NCBI RefSeq assembly: GCF_009914755.1
Contig: NC_060933.1
Origin: the human T2T-CHM13v2.0 reference genome, Homo sapiens
Length of the DNA stretch: 64,000 nucleotides
Direction: 5' to 3' (one strand)
Within the stretch, counting starts at the first letter, position 1. Each line of letters opens with the position of its first letter. Below, in pieces: positions 61,797 to 64,000 of the stretch. Position numbers and translations under genes: made by a program. The notes beneath the pieces are model-generated. The model saw only the letters and a list, made by a program, of their open reading frames with translations, was not told the DNA's origin and searched no databases.

Positions 61797-64000
61797 TTTT
61801 TTTTTCCCCTTAATTTTAAGTTCAGGGTACATATGCAGGTTTGTTACACAGGTAAACTTGTGCCATGGGGGTTTGCTGTACAGATTATTTTGTCACCTAG
61901 GTATTAAGCCTAGTTATTTTTCCTGGTCTTCTCCCTCATCCCACCCTCCACCCTCTAATAGGCCCCTGTATGTGTTGTTCCCCTCTTTGTGTCCCTGTAT
62001 TCTCATCATTTAGCTCCCACTTATAACTGAGAACATGCGGTATTTGGTTTTCTGCTTCTACATTAGTTTGCTAAGGATAATGGCCTCTAGCTCCATCCAT
62101 GTCCCTGCAAAGGACATGATCTCATTCCTTTTTATGCTGCATAGTACTCCATGGTGTATATGTACCACATTTTTTTCATCCAGTCTATCACTGACGGACA
62201 TTTAGGTTGATTCCATGACTTTGCTATTGTGAATATGTTGCAATGAACATATGCATGCATCTTTATAATAGAATGATTTATATTTCTTTGTGTATATACC
62301 CAGTAATGGAATTGCTGGATCAAATGGTATTTCTGCCTCTAGGTCTTTGAGGAATAGCCACGCTGACTTCCACAATGGTTGAACTAATTTACACTCCTAC
62401 CAGCAGTGTAAAAGTGTTCCTTTTTCTCCACAACCTCACCAGCATATGTGTTTTGACTTTTTAATCATAGCCACTCTTATTGGCATGAGATGGTATCTCA
62501 TCGTAGTTATGATTTACGTTTCTCTAATGATCAGTGATGTTGAGCTTTTTTTCATAGGATTGTTGGCCACATGTATGTCTTCTTTGAAAAGTGTCTGTTC
62601 ATGTCCTTTGCTCACTTTTTAATGTTTTTTCCCTTGTAAATTTAATGGGTTTTTTCTTTTAAATTTGTTTCTAAGTTCCTTATAGATGCTGGATATTAGA
62701 CCTTTGTCAGATGCATAGTTTGCAGAAATTCTCCCCCATTCTGTAGGTTGTGTGTTCACTGTGATGATAGTTTCTTTTGCTGGGCAGAAGCTCTTTAGTT
62801 TAATTAGATCCCATTTATCAATTTTTGCTTTTGTTGCAATTGGTTTTGTCATCTTCACCATTAAATCTTTGCCCATGCCTATGTCCTGAACGGTATTGCC
62901 TAGGTTGTCTCCCAGAGTATTTACAGTTTTGGGATTTATATTTAAGTATTTAATCCATTTTGTGTTAATTTTTGTATATGGTGTAAGGAAGGGGTCCAGT
63001 TTTAATCTGCATATGGCTAGCAAGTTATCCCAGGAGGATTTATTGAATAGGTAATCCTTTAGCCATTGCTTGTTTTTGTCAGGTTTGTCGAAAATCAGAT
63101 AGTTGTAGGTGTGAAATCTTATTTCTGTGTTCTCTATTCTGTTCCATTGGTTTATGTGTCTGTATTTATACCAGTACCATATTATTTTGGTTACTATGGC
63201 CCTTTAGTGCAGTTTGAAATAGGGTAGCATGATGCCTCCAGCTTTGTTCTTTTTGCTGAGGAATGCCTTGGCTATTTGGCTCTTTTTTGGTTCCATATGA
63301 ATTGTAAAAGTTTTTGCTAATTCTGTGAAAAATGTCAATGGTAGCTTAACAGGTATAACACTGAATCTGTAGATTGCTTTGGGCAGTAGGGCCATTTTAA
63401 CTATATTGATTCTTCCTATCCATGAGCCTGGAATGTTTTTCCATTTGTTCATGTCATCTCTGATTTCTTTGAGCAGTTGTTTGTAGTTCTCCTTACAGAG
63501 ATCTTTCATTTTCTTAGTTAACTGTATTTCTAGCTATTCTAACTGTGAATGGGAGTTTGTTCCCGATTTGGCTCTCAACTTGAGGTGTTGTTAAGTGTAC
63601 TGAAATGCTAGTGATGTTCTGCAAATTGATCTTGTATCCTGAGGCTTTGCTGAAGCTGTTTATCAGCTTAAGAAGCTTTTGGGCTGAGACTATGGGGTTT
63701 TCCAGATATAGGATCGTGTCATCTACAAACAAAGATAATCTGACTTCCTCTCTTCCTATTTGAATACTCTTTCTTTTTCTTGCCTGATCACCCTGGCCAG
63801 AACTTCCAGTACTATGTTGAATAGGAGTGGGGAGAGAGGGCATCCTTGTTTTGTGCCAGTTTTCAAGGAGAATGCTTCAAACTTTTACCCATTCAGTATG
63901 ATATTGGCTGTGGGCTTGTCATATACGGCTCTTGTTATTTTGAGGTATATTCCTTTCAATACCTAGTTTATTGACAGTTTAACATGAATGGATGTTAAAT
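61797..64000 (-). mobile_element. L1PA 3' portion, runs off the window
   Basis: Poly(T), reverse 3' UTR and ORF2 RT/C-terminal peptides. Confidence 0.93.

Overview
Human (or great-ape) genomic DNA containing the 3' half of JAK2 on the + strand: exons 17-25 (end of pseudokinase JH2 and all of kinase JH1; stop at 47869-47871), its 3' UTR and downstream L1-rich DNA. Intron 19 holds a HERV-K LTR5 solo LTR and a PDSS1 retrocopy. The 32-kb intron 22 holds a ~13.4-kb mitochondrial insertion (NUMT), a TCF3 (E12) retrocopy, the IGHE processed pseudogene and a 3' L1 fragment. Main observation: these four pieces abut with no host DNA between them, and the whole 25-kb block (12108-37122) is bracketed by one perfect 15-bp direct repeat, AACAGTGAACATTTA, at the edge of a MIR. 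This suggests one ~18.6-kb L1-mediated, multi-template chimeric insertion, later invaded by a full-length L1 and an AluY. The NUMT's internal inversion has twin-priming-like geometry. The insertion also created a strong cryptic splice acceptor that would fuse JAK2 exon 22 in frame to the first transmembrane helix of ND6. It further retains a MOTS-c-like ORF and an ID-like HLH ORF lacking the basic region. All identifications are by eye and from memory of the families; no searches were run.
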